A stretch of 38,786 bases of DNA from Alphaproteobacteria bacterium (GTDB lineage Bacteria; Pseudomonadota; Alphaproteobacteria; SMXP01), in contig JANQLI010000148.1 of assembly GCA_028280675.1 (NCBI GenBank), positions 1 through 38,786 of the forward strand. The letters run 5' to 3'. This document shows, in pieces, positions 16,865 through 25,955 of the stretch (its first letter is position 1; each line of letters starts with the position of its first letter). Both the position numbers and the translations under genes were made by a program. Below the pieces are notes generated by a model. It saw nothing but the letters and a program-made list of their open reading frames with translations. It had not been told where the DNA came from and searched no databases.

Positions 16865-17385
16865 TGCCCCCGCTAAGTGTTGTTAACACCCACACCTATT
16901 ACGAAATTCAATGCTATCTTCATCATGAGGCGCGGCTATTTGATAATGAAGAACAGCGTGAATGGTTAGATGAGCTTGTCGATCCAGAAATTCGTTATCA
17001 AGTATTGGTCACACAGGAGAGAAGCCGGGATGGACGAGGAAGTGGGAGCGATACTGTCTATGTCTATGATGACGGAAAAGACGAACTCGACTTTCGTGTA
17101 AAGCAATTTGAAACCGGTATGCAGTGGATGACCAATCCTGTGCCAAAACTGCGCCATCTTATTACGAATATTGAGGGATTCCAGTGTGAGAGCGATAATG
17201 AATTCCGCGTGTATTCAAACGGAATGATTTATCGAAGCCGGAAGGTTTACGAGGAAAATATATTTGTCTTTAGTCGTGATGATATTTTACGCCGCGGAGA
17301 TGATAATAAATTGCGACTCTTACGGCGTGAGGTTCTCTTAGACCAACGCTTAGTGCGCAGTAAGAATATGCTGTTCTTTATATAA
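16864..17385 (+). CDS. Ring-hydroxylating dioxygenase beta subunit
   Basis: YLHHEARLFD..EWL, P..RHLITN, RDDILRR..LLRREVLLD. Starts in a TGATG overlap with the alpha stop, with AGGAG upstream. Confidence 0.9.
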   Translation: MPPLSVVNTHTYYEIQCYLHHEARLFDNEEQREWLDELVDPEIRYQVLVTQERSRDGRGSGSDTVYVYDDGKDELDFRVKQFETGMQWMTNPVPKLRHLITNIEGFQCESDNEFRVYSNGMIYRSRKVYEENIFVFSRDDILRRGDDNKLRLLRREVLLDQRLVRSKNMLFFI

Positions 17386-17407
17386 TACGTCCTTGGGATT
17401 CTTATTG

Positions 17408-19000
17408 ATGACCACATATGATTATATCATTGTTGGGGCTGGGTCGGCAGGGTGTGTGCTAGCCAACAGGTTGTCAAAGAATCCTCGTCACTCTGTTCTT
17501 CTTATTGAAGCGGGCCCCTCTGACAAATCTCTTTTAGTTCGCATGCCCATGGGATTTGGAAAACTGCTTTCAGATACCAAGCATGTTCGGCATTTTACAA
17601 CTCAACCTGAGAGAGGAAATGGATTTCGATCCGAATCTTGGCCTAAAGGTAAGACGATAGGTGGATCAAGCTCGGTGAATGGGACCTATTATAATAGAGG
17701 CCAACCTCAGGATTATGATCACTGGCATGCTTTGGGTGCAACCGGATGGCATTGGGAAAATTTGGAACCGTATTTTCGGGAGATTGAGGACCATGTCTTA
17801 GGTGATGATGGCGTGAGGGGCAGTGATGGTGAGCTTCATGTTTCCTTGCATGCTGATCCCAGTTCACTTGCGAAGGCGACAATATCCGCAGCAAAGGGCT
17901 GTGGATTAGATCAGAAAGACGATTTGAACCGTGCCAATCCTGAAGGTATTGGCTATACAGCATGTAATATCAAGAATGGGGAGCGAGTGAGTGCCGCTAG
18001 TGCCTTTCTTGATCCCATAAATTCACGTCCTAATTTGACCGTCTGGAAAAATACCTTGGTCACAAAAATTGAATGCCAAGGAGGGCGGGCTGTAGGAGTT
18101 CATTTTCGCCAGGGTGGGCGTGATGCTTTCGTTAAATGTGATCGAGAAGTGATTCTTTCGGCAGGGGCAATTCAATCGCCACAATTGTTACAACTTTCAG
18201 GTATTGGACCTATCGATGTACTTTCACAGTTTGAGATACCAGTCGTAGCGAATCTTCCTGGTGTGGGGCAAAACCTTCGTGAGCATCGTATGCTATTTGT
18301 CCAGCATGCTTTGAAACAGCCACTCAGCTACAATCATGAGTTTAATGGATTAAGAGTTATTCCGCATGTGCTCCAGTATATCCTCAAGAAAAAAGGTTTA
18401 ATGGCGACGAGCTCACATGAAGTGTGTGGTTATCTAAAGTCTCATCCGGATACAGATCGCCCGGATATTCAAATTATTATGGCACCTTTCTCATTTGATC
18501 TTGAGCAAGGCGGTGCTGTAACGTTTGAGAAGTGCCATGGCATGCAGATTTCCGGTTATCACTTGCAGCCGACGAGTTGCGGCAGTGTGAATATTTGTTC
18601 GATTGATCCTGAGGTTCAACCTACGATTACCTCGAACTATTTAGATACGGAGAAAGACCGTGCCGTGAGTGTTGCTATTCTAAAACATATCCGAAATATT
18701 TATGCACAACCCGCATTGCAGAAGTATGTAGATGAAGAAACATCTCCTGGTATCGCAATAGAAGCGCCAGAAGAAGTGATTAATTATCACCGTTGTTATG
18801 GTCAATGCCTTTATCACGTAGCGGGGACATGCAAGATGGGAAAAGACGACATGTCTGTAGTTGATGAGAGGTTGAAAGTCTATGGTGTCGAAGGATTGCG
18901 TGTAGTTGACTGTTCTATCATGCCTACGCTTGTTTCGGGAACGACGAGTGGCCCGGTCATGGCTATTGCTAATCGTGCCGCAGCCTTAATCACCGGGTAA
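17408..19000 (+). CDS. GMC-family FAD oxidoreductase (choline/aryl-alcohol dehydrogenase-like)
   Basis: YDYIIVGAGSAG, GKTIGGSSSVNG, EVILSAGAIQSPQLLQLSGIG, YHVAGTCKMG, GLRVVDCSIMP. ATG at 17408 is preferred to TTG at 17393. Confidence 0.9.
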   Translation: MTTYDYIIVGAGSAGCVLANRLSKNPRHSVLLIEAGPSDKSLLVRMPMGFGKLLSDTKHVRHFTTQPERGNGFRSESWPKGKTIGGSSSVNGTYYNRGQPQDYDHWHALGATGWHWENLEPYFREIEDHVLGDDGVRGSDGELHVSLHADPSSLAKATISAAKGCGLDQKDDLNRANPEGIGYTACNIKNGERVSAASAFLDPINSRPNLTVWKNTLVTKIECQGGRAVGVHFRQGGRDAFVKCDREVILSAGAIQSPQLLQLSGIGPIDVLSQFEIPVVANLPGVGQNLREHRMLFVQHALKQPLSYNHEFNGLRVIPHVLQYILKKKGLMATSSHEVCGYLKSHPDTDRPDIQIIMAPFSFDLEQGGAVTFEKCHGMQISGYHLQPTSCGSVNICSIDPEVQPTITSNYLDTEKDRAVSVAILKHIRNIYAQPALQKYVDEETSPGIAIEAPEEVINYHRCYGQCLYHVAGTCKMGKDDMSVVDERLKVYGVEGLRVVDCSIMPTLVSGTTSGPVMAIANRAAALITG

Positions 19001-19039
19001 GAGTTACATCACATATTGTCAATATATGTTCTTCAGTCA

Positions 19040-20053
19040 TCACTCAGCAGCTGCAGGGCTTTTTAAAGAAGAGTATTTTTTATGTAGGGCAGCTGCGCGA
19101 CGCCCGGATTCCTGCGCGCCTTCAAGGTAAGCATCTGGCAGAATATGGTAAGGCGGGCGTGTTGGTCCTGCATTCATCCAGCCTGCGGCATTCATGCGCG
19201 CTTTCTCTAGAGCAATGTTATAGATTGAAAACTCTTTGAAGCTGCCGTTCGGGAAAAGAGGTGCTAATGCATGCCCAATCTCTCCGGCCATGTTGTTCGC
19301 TTCAGCCCAATCATTGGATTCTTTGGCGGCTTTGATAACATCACGGAATCGCGTTACTGCATTTGGGCCGCACACGGCGCTATTTGTCCAGAACGCAGTG
19401 CAAAACTCAGGGTGCATCCGTGCCGCGCCATAGTAAGCAGCATCAATGGGTAAAAAACGAATTTGTTGGTGAGACGCATTGATGTCTTGTAATAGTCGAT
19501 CCATGCTTGAGTACTTACTCGTGACGACCTGTGGAATAGATGCCACTTGCGCCCAGAAATTTGTTGGGAAATCGAACTTGAAGGCTTCTTTATTATCGTA
19601 AACGCAAATTCCCATATCGGGGCAGGCTTCAGCGATATCTTTAAAATATTGTACTGCAGTTGCGACACTCGGTGCACACCACATTGGTACGCCAAGCATT
19701 GTGCCATCCGCGCCTAAGTCTGAAGCTATACGTGTTTGGCGAACTGTTTCTCGGGTATTTAATGCTGTGGTCCCGACGAAGACTGGAACACGCCCTGCAG
19801 TGACTTCGACAAGGGTTGCCATAAATTTGTACTTTTCATCCCATGTCAATGTTGCGCATTCGCCAAGCGTACCGAGTGCCAGAATACCATTCACGCCGCC
19901 CTTAATAAGGCCTTCGATGGCGCGTTCTGCTTCATCTAGATCGAGGGTGTCTTCGGACCGCCAATCATCGCTGCCCGGTTTTGCTGGCGTTGGCATGATG
20001 GCCCATGCACCTACGATTTCATCGACAGTTATGAGGGATTTTGCCTTGGCCAT
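19040..20053 (-). CDS. nahE: trans-o-hydroxybenzylidenepyruvate hydratase-aldolase
   Basis: GAWAIMPTPAK, LGTLGECATLTWDEK, GADGTMLGVPMW, EAFKFDFP..FWAQV..IPQVVTSKY, FSIYNIALEKARM. Confidence 0.92.
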   Translation of the reverse strand: MAKAKSLITVDEIVGAWAIMPTPAKPGSDDWRSEDTLDLDEAERAIEGLIKGGVNGILALGTLGECATLTWDEKYKFMATLVEVTAGRVPVFVGTTALNTRETVRQTRIASDLGADGTMLGVPMWCAPSVATAVQYFKDIAEACPDMGICVYDNKEAFKFDFPTNFWAQVASIPQVVTSKYSSMDRLLQDINASHQQIRFLPIDAAYYGAARMHPEFCTAFWTNSAVCGPNAVTRFRDVIKAAKESNDWAEANNMAGEIGHALAPLFPNGSFKEFSIYNIALEKARMNAAGWMNAGPTRPPYHILPDAYLEGAQESGRRAAALHKKYSSLKSPAAAE

Positions 20054-20120
20054 AGTCAGTTCCTAGTTTCGGGGCAGGTGAGAATCTGTCTCGTGCAGAC
20101 CCCTATATTTCTATTTCAGG

Positions 20121-20153
20121 TAATATACTAGCAGATCAGATATGCAATTTCAA
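20121..20153 (-). promoter_or_regulatory. nahE promoter candidate with operator-like copy 6 (TAATATACTAGCAGATCA, 20121-20138)
   Basis: Minus strand reads TTGAAA(20153-20148), 17 bp, TAGTAT(20130-20125), preceded by TGn. Confidence 0.58.
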
Positions 20154-20664
20154 TAACCCTCTATCTGTTAATCTCTATCATGAGGGGTTCTTGGGTTATT
20201 TGAGACTTGTGACGGCGATTCATAGCTTTAGGCGTGCTTTCTATAGATATTGAATCTTTCTGAAAGTTGACCGCTTCTCTCCAGATCAGGTGTGCGTAAT
20301 GTGAAGTTAATACACAAAGAGTCATAGTGGCTGATCAAACTTATAAGCCTCTTTATGAAGGCGAAGAGCGCTAAAGCATAGAATCTATCAGGCATATACG
20401 CTGGTAGACTGTCCCTCAGTTACATTCTGAGTGGGATCAATATGTCTCTTCTTTGTATGCTGTAAGTCAATGTTTCATGTTTTCAGCTATGCCAGCCTAA
20501 GGACATCATAGGTCGCGGGTATGGCATTTATTACCCTCGATGAAGATCAGAATAATCTGCCCAGTAGAAGCCAAATGTGAGGGGGGTGTATTCTTTAGGA
20601 TGCGTTGACTCTCGGGCACTAGAACGAATCAGCGCCGAATTTTACGGGAAAATGCGTAAAAGGC

Positions 20665-20693
20665 TTTACTTATATGCTAGAATGTTACATAAT
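20665..20693 (+). promoter_or_regulatory. Promoter candidate of the flavin-module/meta-pathway operon with operator-like copy 7 (TTATATGCTAGAATGTTA, 20670-20687)
   Basis: TTTACT(20665-20670), 17 bp, CATAAT(20688-20693). The palindrome fills the spacer. Confidence 0.62.
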
Positions 20694-20816
20694 CAGTCTC
20701 GAACTTCTTCACTGAGTGTATTTCGCTCACTTAGGTGGGGTTCACAGATGGTCTGTTATTAAGAGGGCAAAGTGTCAGCCAGACCGTGACTGGTTTAAAA
20801 ATGAAATGGATGAGCA

Positions 20817-21986
20817 ATGAACGATATACCTACGCCAGTCAGTCTTATTAATGCAGCGAGAGCAATGAAGCCTCAGTTGCGGGAACGCGCAGCTCAGGTG
20901 GAAGAAGCGCGCATTGTTGGTAGAGAAACAATTGCGGAGTTCCGAGAAGCGGGTTTCTTTAAAATTCTTCAGCCTAAATCTTATGGTGGTTATGAACTTC
21001 CGCCGGAAGTTTTATCTGATGTTATATTTGAAGTGGCTTCTGCTTGTGGGTCAAGCGGTTGGACACTTGCCGTCTTAGCGCTGCATCAATGGGAAGTTCA
21101 GCTTCTCCCGGAAGATGCTATTGCTGACATTTGGGGTGATGATCCAAATGTACTTTTATCGTCTGCTTATGCGCCATCCGGAAATGTGAAGCCAGTAGAT
21201 GGTGGATATGAGCTGAGTGGTGAGTGGCCGTATTCAAGCGGATGTGATCATGCCGACTGGGCGATTGTTGGTGGGGTGCGTCCACCACGGTCGGATGATG
21301 AGGTTCCTGCGCTTTGTGGTTTCTTCGTTCCAAGGTCAGAATATGAGATTATCGATGACTGGAACGTCATGGGGTTGGCTGGTACCGGGAGTAAAAGAAT
21401 TAAGATGGATGGTGTTTTTGTTCCAGAACGTCACCAGCATGCGATATTTGGTTCTGCACCACCACCTCCTGAAGATGCAAATACGATTTATAAAATTCCG
21501 TTTGCTCTCGTTTTTGTAGAAATGTTGTCTGCTGCCGTGCATGGCATGGCCATGGGTATGTTGGACCAATTTATAGAACGCAATAAAGCGCGTCTCGGTG
21601 CGTTGGATCAGTCAAAGTATTCTGAGAATTCAGACATTCACCGATACATTGCAGAAACGGAATTTGTGATCCGTTCATCACGGATGCTGAGTCATGAAAA
21701 TCAACGAACGGCATTTAACTTAGCTGAAGCGGGGCAAGAACAGGCGCTTATAGACAAAGTTCGGCACTTATGGGAAGCCGCTAAGTCCGTGCACAATTGT
21801 TCTGAAACCTGTTCAAAACTCTATTCCGTAAGTGGCGCGCATACCCTTTTTGAAGGTGATTCACTGCAGCGACTCTTCCGTGATTTGCAAAGCGGAACAA
21901 TGCATATGGCCTTTAATTACAACGCATATGCGCGCAACTACGGTGGCATGCATATGGGGCATCCGAATTCAGGGAGTTTTGTATAG
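20817..21986 (+). CDS. Two-component flavin monooxygenase, oxygenase subunit (acyl-CoA dehydrogenase fold; HsaA/C2-HPAH-like)
   Basis: AGFFKILQPKSYGGYE, ACGSSGW, LSGEWPYSSGCDHADW, DDWNVMGLAGTGS, LQRLFRDL..GTMH. Confidence 0.88.
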   Translation: MNDIPTPVSLINAARAMKPQLRERAAQVEEARIVGRETIAEFREAGFFKILQPKSYGGYELPPEVLSDVIFEVASACGSSGWTLAVLALHQWEVQLLPEDAIADIWGDDPNVLLSSAYAPSGNVKPVDGGYELSGEWPYSSGCDHADWAIVGGVRPPRSDDEVPALCGFFVPRSEYEIIDDWNVMGLAGTGSKRIKMDGVFVPERHQHAIFGSAPPPPEDANTIYKIPFALVFVEMLSAAVHGMAMGMLDQFIERNKARLGALDQSKYSENSDIHRYIAETEFVIRSSRMLSHENQRTAFNLAEAGQEQALIDKVRHLWEAAKSVHNCSETCSKLYSVSGAHTLFEGDSLQRLFRDLQSGTMHMAFNYNAYARNYGGMHMGHPNSGSFV

Positions 21987-22136
21987 GGTGCATCAGCACA
22001 GCATGTGCGACTGAAAATAATGGGTCTAACCATATCTGCTCAATGCGATATGTGAGCCAAGATTACTGACGGAATGGCAGCCTCGTGTTGTCTTGCGTAG
22101 TGGCGTGATCGTGTGCGCCGAAGAGGAGGATAGATA

Positions 22137-23369
22137 ATGAAAGTACTTGCATTCCAGCAGGCGCCGTATCGTCATATGCCCGCTGATTTCGCGGAGAAAT
22201 ACAATTCAGTTGTGAATACTCCTTATTTTGAGTTGGTTGATAATCAGCTCATGCATGAGGACCACGTACATTTTATTGATGAGATGTTACATGCAGCGCG
22301 TTGTGGTTTCGATGGAATCGGTCTTACCGAGCATGGTCAATCATCATATGATGTCTTGCCTAATCCCAATTTGCAGCTTGCAGCATTAGCTTATGCAACA
22401 CAATCAGAAGGCCTTGATACTGCGTTAGCGTGTTTGGGTCGTTCGTTGGGTAAAACAAAGGAGCCGCTACGAGTGGCTGAAGAGTATGCGGTTTTGGATC
22501 AAATCAGTGGTGGACGTTTGATCGCAGGTTATCCAATTTCTCTAAGCTTTGACTCAAATATCAACCAAGGTATTCCCCCCATACAGACCCGTGATCGTTT
22601 CGCGGAAAATATTATGTTGATTGATAAGGCTCACAAGGAGAAAGAACCATTTGCGTGGAATGGGAAATACAACAAACACCCACATGTGAATCTCTGGCCG
22701 CGCCCTGTGCAGCCGTCGCTTCCTGTGTGGTCTCCTGCTGTTGGAAATCCGCATACACTTGGTGGAATTCTTGATCGTGATCAGGTGTTTTTATATTTCA
22801 GTTGGTTCGGGCCTAAATTGACGGGTCGCATCTTTGATCGTTATTGGGAGATGGCCGAAGAACGTGGCCGTGACACGAATCCCTATCGACTTGCGTTCCT
22901 GCAATGTGTTGCTGTTGGAGAAACGGATGAAGAAGCGCATAGAGAGTACGGTCCGCACGTGAAAGCGGCATTTAATACTGGTCTTGGCTGTATACCCCAA
23001 TCCAATCTCGGCGTTCCTGGTTATATGGACATTAACGGCGTCGAAGCAGTGACGCGAGATCCGGGTGACTTTGGTATTTTTCCTAAAATGCGTACGGCAG
23101 CATATGAAGAAATCGTCGATGCGCAGGCGTGTATTGTTGGTGGTGTAGATACGGTAGCTGAACAGTTAATCGAGCTCATTAAATCACACCGGATTGGCAA
23201 TTTGTTGCTCATGACACAGCACGGGTCCATGCCAACAGAGCTTACCAAGAAAAACATCAGTCTTGTTGCAGAAAAAGTGATGCCCAAGCTGCGTCAAGCA
23301 TGGTCAGAAGCTGGTTTTGACGCTCAAGGTTGGGAACACAATTGGTGGCCAACCGGACTTACCAACTAA
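22137..23369 (+). CDS. Luciferase-like monooxygenase (LLM class)
   Basis: GFDGIGLTEH, PLRVAEEYAVLDQISGGRLIAG, LWPRPVQP, AEKVMPKLR. GAGGAGG RBS. Confidence 0.88.
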   Translation: MKVLAFQQAPYRHMPADFAEKYNSVVNTPYFELVDNQLMHEDHVHFIDEMLHAARCGFDGIGLTEHGQSSYDVLPNPNLQLAALAYATQSEGLDTALACLGRSLGKTKEPLRVAEEYAVLDQISGGRLIAGYPISLSFDSNINQGIPPIQTRDRFAENIMLIDKAHKEKEPFAWNGKYNKHPHVNLWPRPVQPSLPVWSPAVGNPHTLGGILDRDQVFLYFSWFGPKLTGRIFDRYWEMAEERGRDTNPYRLAFLQCVAVGETDEEAHREYGPHVKAAFNTGLGCIPQSNLGVPGYMDINGVEAVTRDPGDFGIFPKMRTAAYEEIVDAQACIVGGVDTVAEQLIELIKSHRIGNLLLMTQHGSMPTELTKKNISLVAEKVMPKLRQAWSEAGFDAQGWEHNWWPTGLTN

Positions 23370-23408
23370 CGCATCGCTTATGCAGATCAATATTCGGAGT
23401 TAGGCAAA

Positions 23409-24230
23409 ATGAGCAACAACACGAACATCAAAGGTCCCGAGAGGGAAGAAGTCATAGGCGTTTGGAATGACGAGATCAGCCTGCGCGTCAATATTGCCGG
23501 GGATGGTCCAGCGTTACTGTATTTCCATCCTGCCGGAGGCCTCTATTGGGACGAATTTCTTGATGCACTCGCAGAAAGCTACACGGTTTATGCGCCCGAA
23601 TTACCTGGAACAACGCCGGGTGATCCTTATGCCATACATAAGGTCAAGGATTATACTGACCTTATACTTATGTACGAAGAGCTAATTCAGAAACTCAACT
23701 TAAAGGGTTCTGTTGCTATTGGACAGTCTATGGGTGGTATGATCGCCTTTGATCTTGCATCCTTTTATCCTGATATCTTTAGCCACCTTATTGGACTGGC
23801 GCCGTGTGGCTTATGGCGAGATGATGCGCCAGTTGCGATCGCAGATCTTTATGTGGCAGCTCCTGAAACGGTTCCGAGTTTTCTTTTTGATGATCCTTCG
23901 CTGCCTGCAGCGCAGGCGATGCTGTCATTGCCAGAAGACCCCGCAAACATACCTAAGCACGTGGCTCAAGCGGTATGGAATCTGGGGTGTGCTGGAAAAT
24001 TTATGTGGCCCTTCCCGGATCATGGCCTAGGTGGCAGGCTGCATCGTATTGCGATACCGACACTGGTTCTTTGGGGACGCAATGATAATTTAGTGCCTTC
24101 GATTTATGCCGAAGATTTCGGAGCAAATATCTCAGGCAGTGAAGTTCATCTGTACGAAAACTGCGGGCATATTTTGCAAATCGAAAAATTAGACGACGCA
24201 TTGTCAGATGTGAAGCGATTCATAGCTTAG
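23409..24230 (+). CDS. Alpha/beta hydrolase
   Basis: Nucleophile elbow GQSMGG, PTLVLWGRNDNLVP (Asp), CGH (His), HPAGG oxyanion region. Confidence 0.88.
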   Translation: MSNNTNIKGPEREEVIGVWNDEISLRVNIAGDGPALLYFHPAGGLYWDEFLDALAESYTVYAPELPGTTPGDPYAIHKVKDYTDLILMYEELIQKLNLKGSVAIGQSMGGMIAFDLASFYPDIFSHLIGLAPCGLWRDDAPVAIADLYVAAPETVPSFLFDDPSLPAAQAMLSLPEDPANIPKHVAQAVWNLGCAGKFMWPFPDHGLGGRLHRIAIPTLVLWGRNDNLVPSIYAEDFGANISGSEVHLYENCGHILQIEKLDDALSDVKRFIA

Positions 24231-24297
24231 ATCAGCTGCTGCTGATTATGGAAATTAAGGCCGTGTAATGAGTGACGCACTCCTCAAAGGGACGAAT

Positions 24298-25281
24298 ATG
24301 CATAAGCCGGTATTTGATTCAAATGAATTCAGGCGCTCGCTTGGAACATTTGCAACTGGTGTGACTATCATTACTGTGCGTAGTCCTGATGGAGAACCTA
24401 TTGGCGTAACGGCGAATAGCTTTAGTTCCGTATCCCTTGATCCCCCTCTTGTTCTTTGGAGTTTAGCCAAAAATGCGAAAAGTCTTCCTGCATTTCAAGC
24501 AGCGGAGTACTTTGCAATTCACATTCTTTCGGCAGAACAAGAAGGCTTATCGAATTTATTCGCCTCGCAGGGGGCAGATAAGTTCGGCAACTTGAACACG
24601 GAGCAGGGTATAGGCGATACACCGTTGCTTGATGGATGCTGCACACGGATGCAATGTAAAGTGGCGCATCAATACGAGGGCGGTGATCATATCATATTTG
24701 TTGGAGAGGTCGTTGATCTCGTTAGCAATGATTTAACGCCACTTGTCTTTCAAGCGGGAAAATATTCTTTAGCAGCTCGTAAAACAGATGATACACCATT
24801 GATAAGTAGCTCATCTTCCGGGTTCGATGAGGATTTTTTTGGCTATTTGTTGTGGCGTGCATACTTCCAATTCCAATCTGAAGTTAACAAGCAAGCGCCA
24901 TTCAGAGGCTTCACCAGTCTTGAGTTTTTGATCCTTGTCACGCTCGCACATAATAATTGGCGAGCTGTCGATACACTGTGCGATATGATAGTGCATGATG
25001 GTGATCATGACTTGGTGGGCCAAGCATTGGAATCCTTAGTTGAAAAGGGCCTTCTTCAGGAGAAGGCCGACAAGAATGGATTTAAACTATGCGGTTTGAG
25101 TGAAACCGGAAACGAAAAAGCACTCGAACTACTCACTATCGCCAAATCAACGGAATCCACATTTTTGGAAAGGCTTGGGCAGAAGGAAAGTGCTGCCCTC
25201 AAGAATTTACTTAAAGGTTTTATCGTTGAGACGGATACGGGGATACCTCACCCTTGGGAGCGCACTGAAGGTGAAGCCTAA
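24298..25281 (+). CDS. Flavin reductase with a C-terminal MarR-like domain (C1-HPAH-like)
   Basis: FRRSLGTFATGVTIIT..GVTANSFSSVSLDPPLVLW..GGDHIIFVGEV, then about 150 aa with a winged-helix pattern (LESLVEKGLL..LSETG). Start at 24298 or 24268. Confidence 0.82.
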   Translation: MHKPVFDSNEFRRSLGTFATGVTIITVRSPDGEPIGVTANSFSSVSLDPPLVLWSLAKNAKSLPAFQAAEYFAIHILSAEQEGLSNLFASQGADKFGNLNTEQGIGDTPLLDGCCTRMQCKVAHQYEGGDHIIFVGEVVDLVSNDLTPLVFQAGKYSLAARKTDDTPLISSSSSGFDEDFFGYLLWRAYFQFQSEVNKQAPFRGFTSLEFLILVTLAHNNWRAVDTLCDMIVHDGDHDLVGQALESLVEKGLLQEKADKNGFKLCGLSETGNEKALELLTIAKSTESTFLERLGQKESAALKNLLKGFIVETDTGIPHPWERTEGEA

Positions 25282-25376
25282 GAAGTTTTCAAATATGTGC
25301 ACGCCATACGCAGTTTTCATGGATGCCCATTCACTTTTGAGCTTTTAGCTAAAGAGAAAGAGATTCATTTTCGATT

Positions 25377-25955
25377 ATGGAGGTATTGGTCTTTTTTAAT
25401 TTTCGCAGCCCTTATTGCTATTTAGCGACGCAAACGCTCTTTGATGAGATAGGCAAGCGTGGTGCAAAATTGATATGGAAGCCGCTCGCGGGATGGGATG
25501 GACGATCTCCTAAAGATCGTCCACGGATAAAAGACAAAGTGAGAATCGCACGTCAGGATGTTCAAAGAATTGCAAGAAAAATGGACATTCCTTTTTGCCC
25601 TCCACCGCCTGATACGGATCCGACATTAGCTGCTCTTGGTTCGTTATATGCAGAAAAAAGCGGTCAACTTGCAGCATATGTGAAGGCTGTTATGCAAGCT
25701 GAATGGGCAGAAGGCAAAGATATTGGAGATGAATACGTGCTGATGGAGAGCGTCAAGAAGTCCGATCTTAATGGCGAAGAATTTCTTATAAGTTTGAAAA
25801 ATCGCGATTTAAAGAACCAACTTTCAAAAAACTGGGAGGAAGCGCAGGAGCTGGGCGTGATTGGTGTTCCATCTTTTGTTGTCGAGGATCAGATTTTTTG
25901 GGGACATGATCGCCTCTCCTACTTGCTTGATTATATAGAGGAGAGAGCCGCATAG
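25377..25955 (+). CDS. Second, divergent NahD-like isomerase (kappa-GST/DsbA-like)
   Basis: FFNFRSPYCYL, GVIGVPSF..FWGHDRL. Confidence 0.8.
   Translation: MEVLVFFNFRSPYCYLATQTLFDEIGKRGAKLIWKPLAGWDGRSPKDRPRIKDKVRIARQDVQRIARKMDIPFCPPPPDTDPTLAALGSLYAEKSGQLAAYVKAVMQAEWAEGKDIGDEYVLMESVKKSDLNGEEFLISLKNRDLKNQLSKNWEEAQELGVIGVPSFVVEDQIFWGHDRLSYLLDYIEERAA

Noticed and set aside
20577-20762. 61-aa ORF in the long intergenic region
   Set aside because: GTG start without a clear RBS, no recognisable motif, and it runs through the predicted promoter/operator.
20817-24230. Calling the flavin module dszC/dszA/dszB
   Set aside because: The folds match DszC and DszA only at superfamily level, and the hydrolase is an alpha/beta-fold Ser enzyme, unlike DszB. 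Kept only as one hypothesis.
23409-24230. Calling the hydrolase xylF/bphD
   Set aside because: It lacks the HGSGPG/HGGGPG and GNS(F/M)GG signatures of meta-cleavage product hydrolases.
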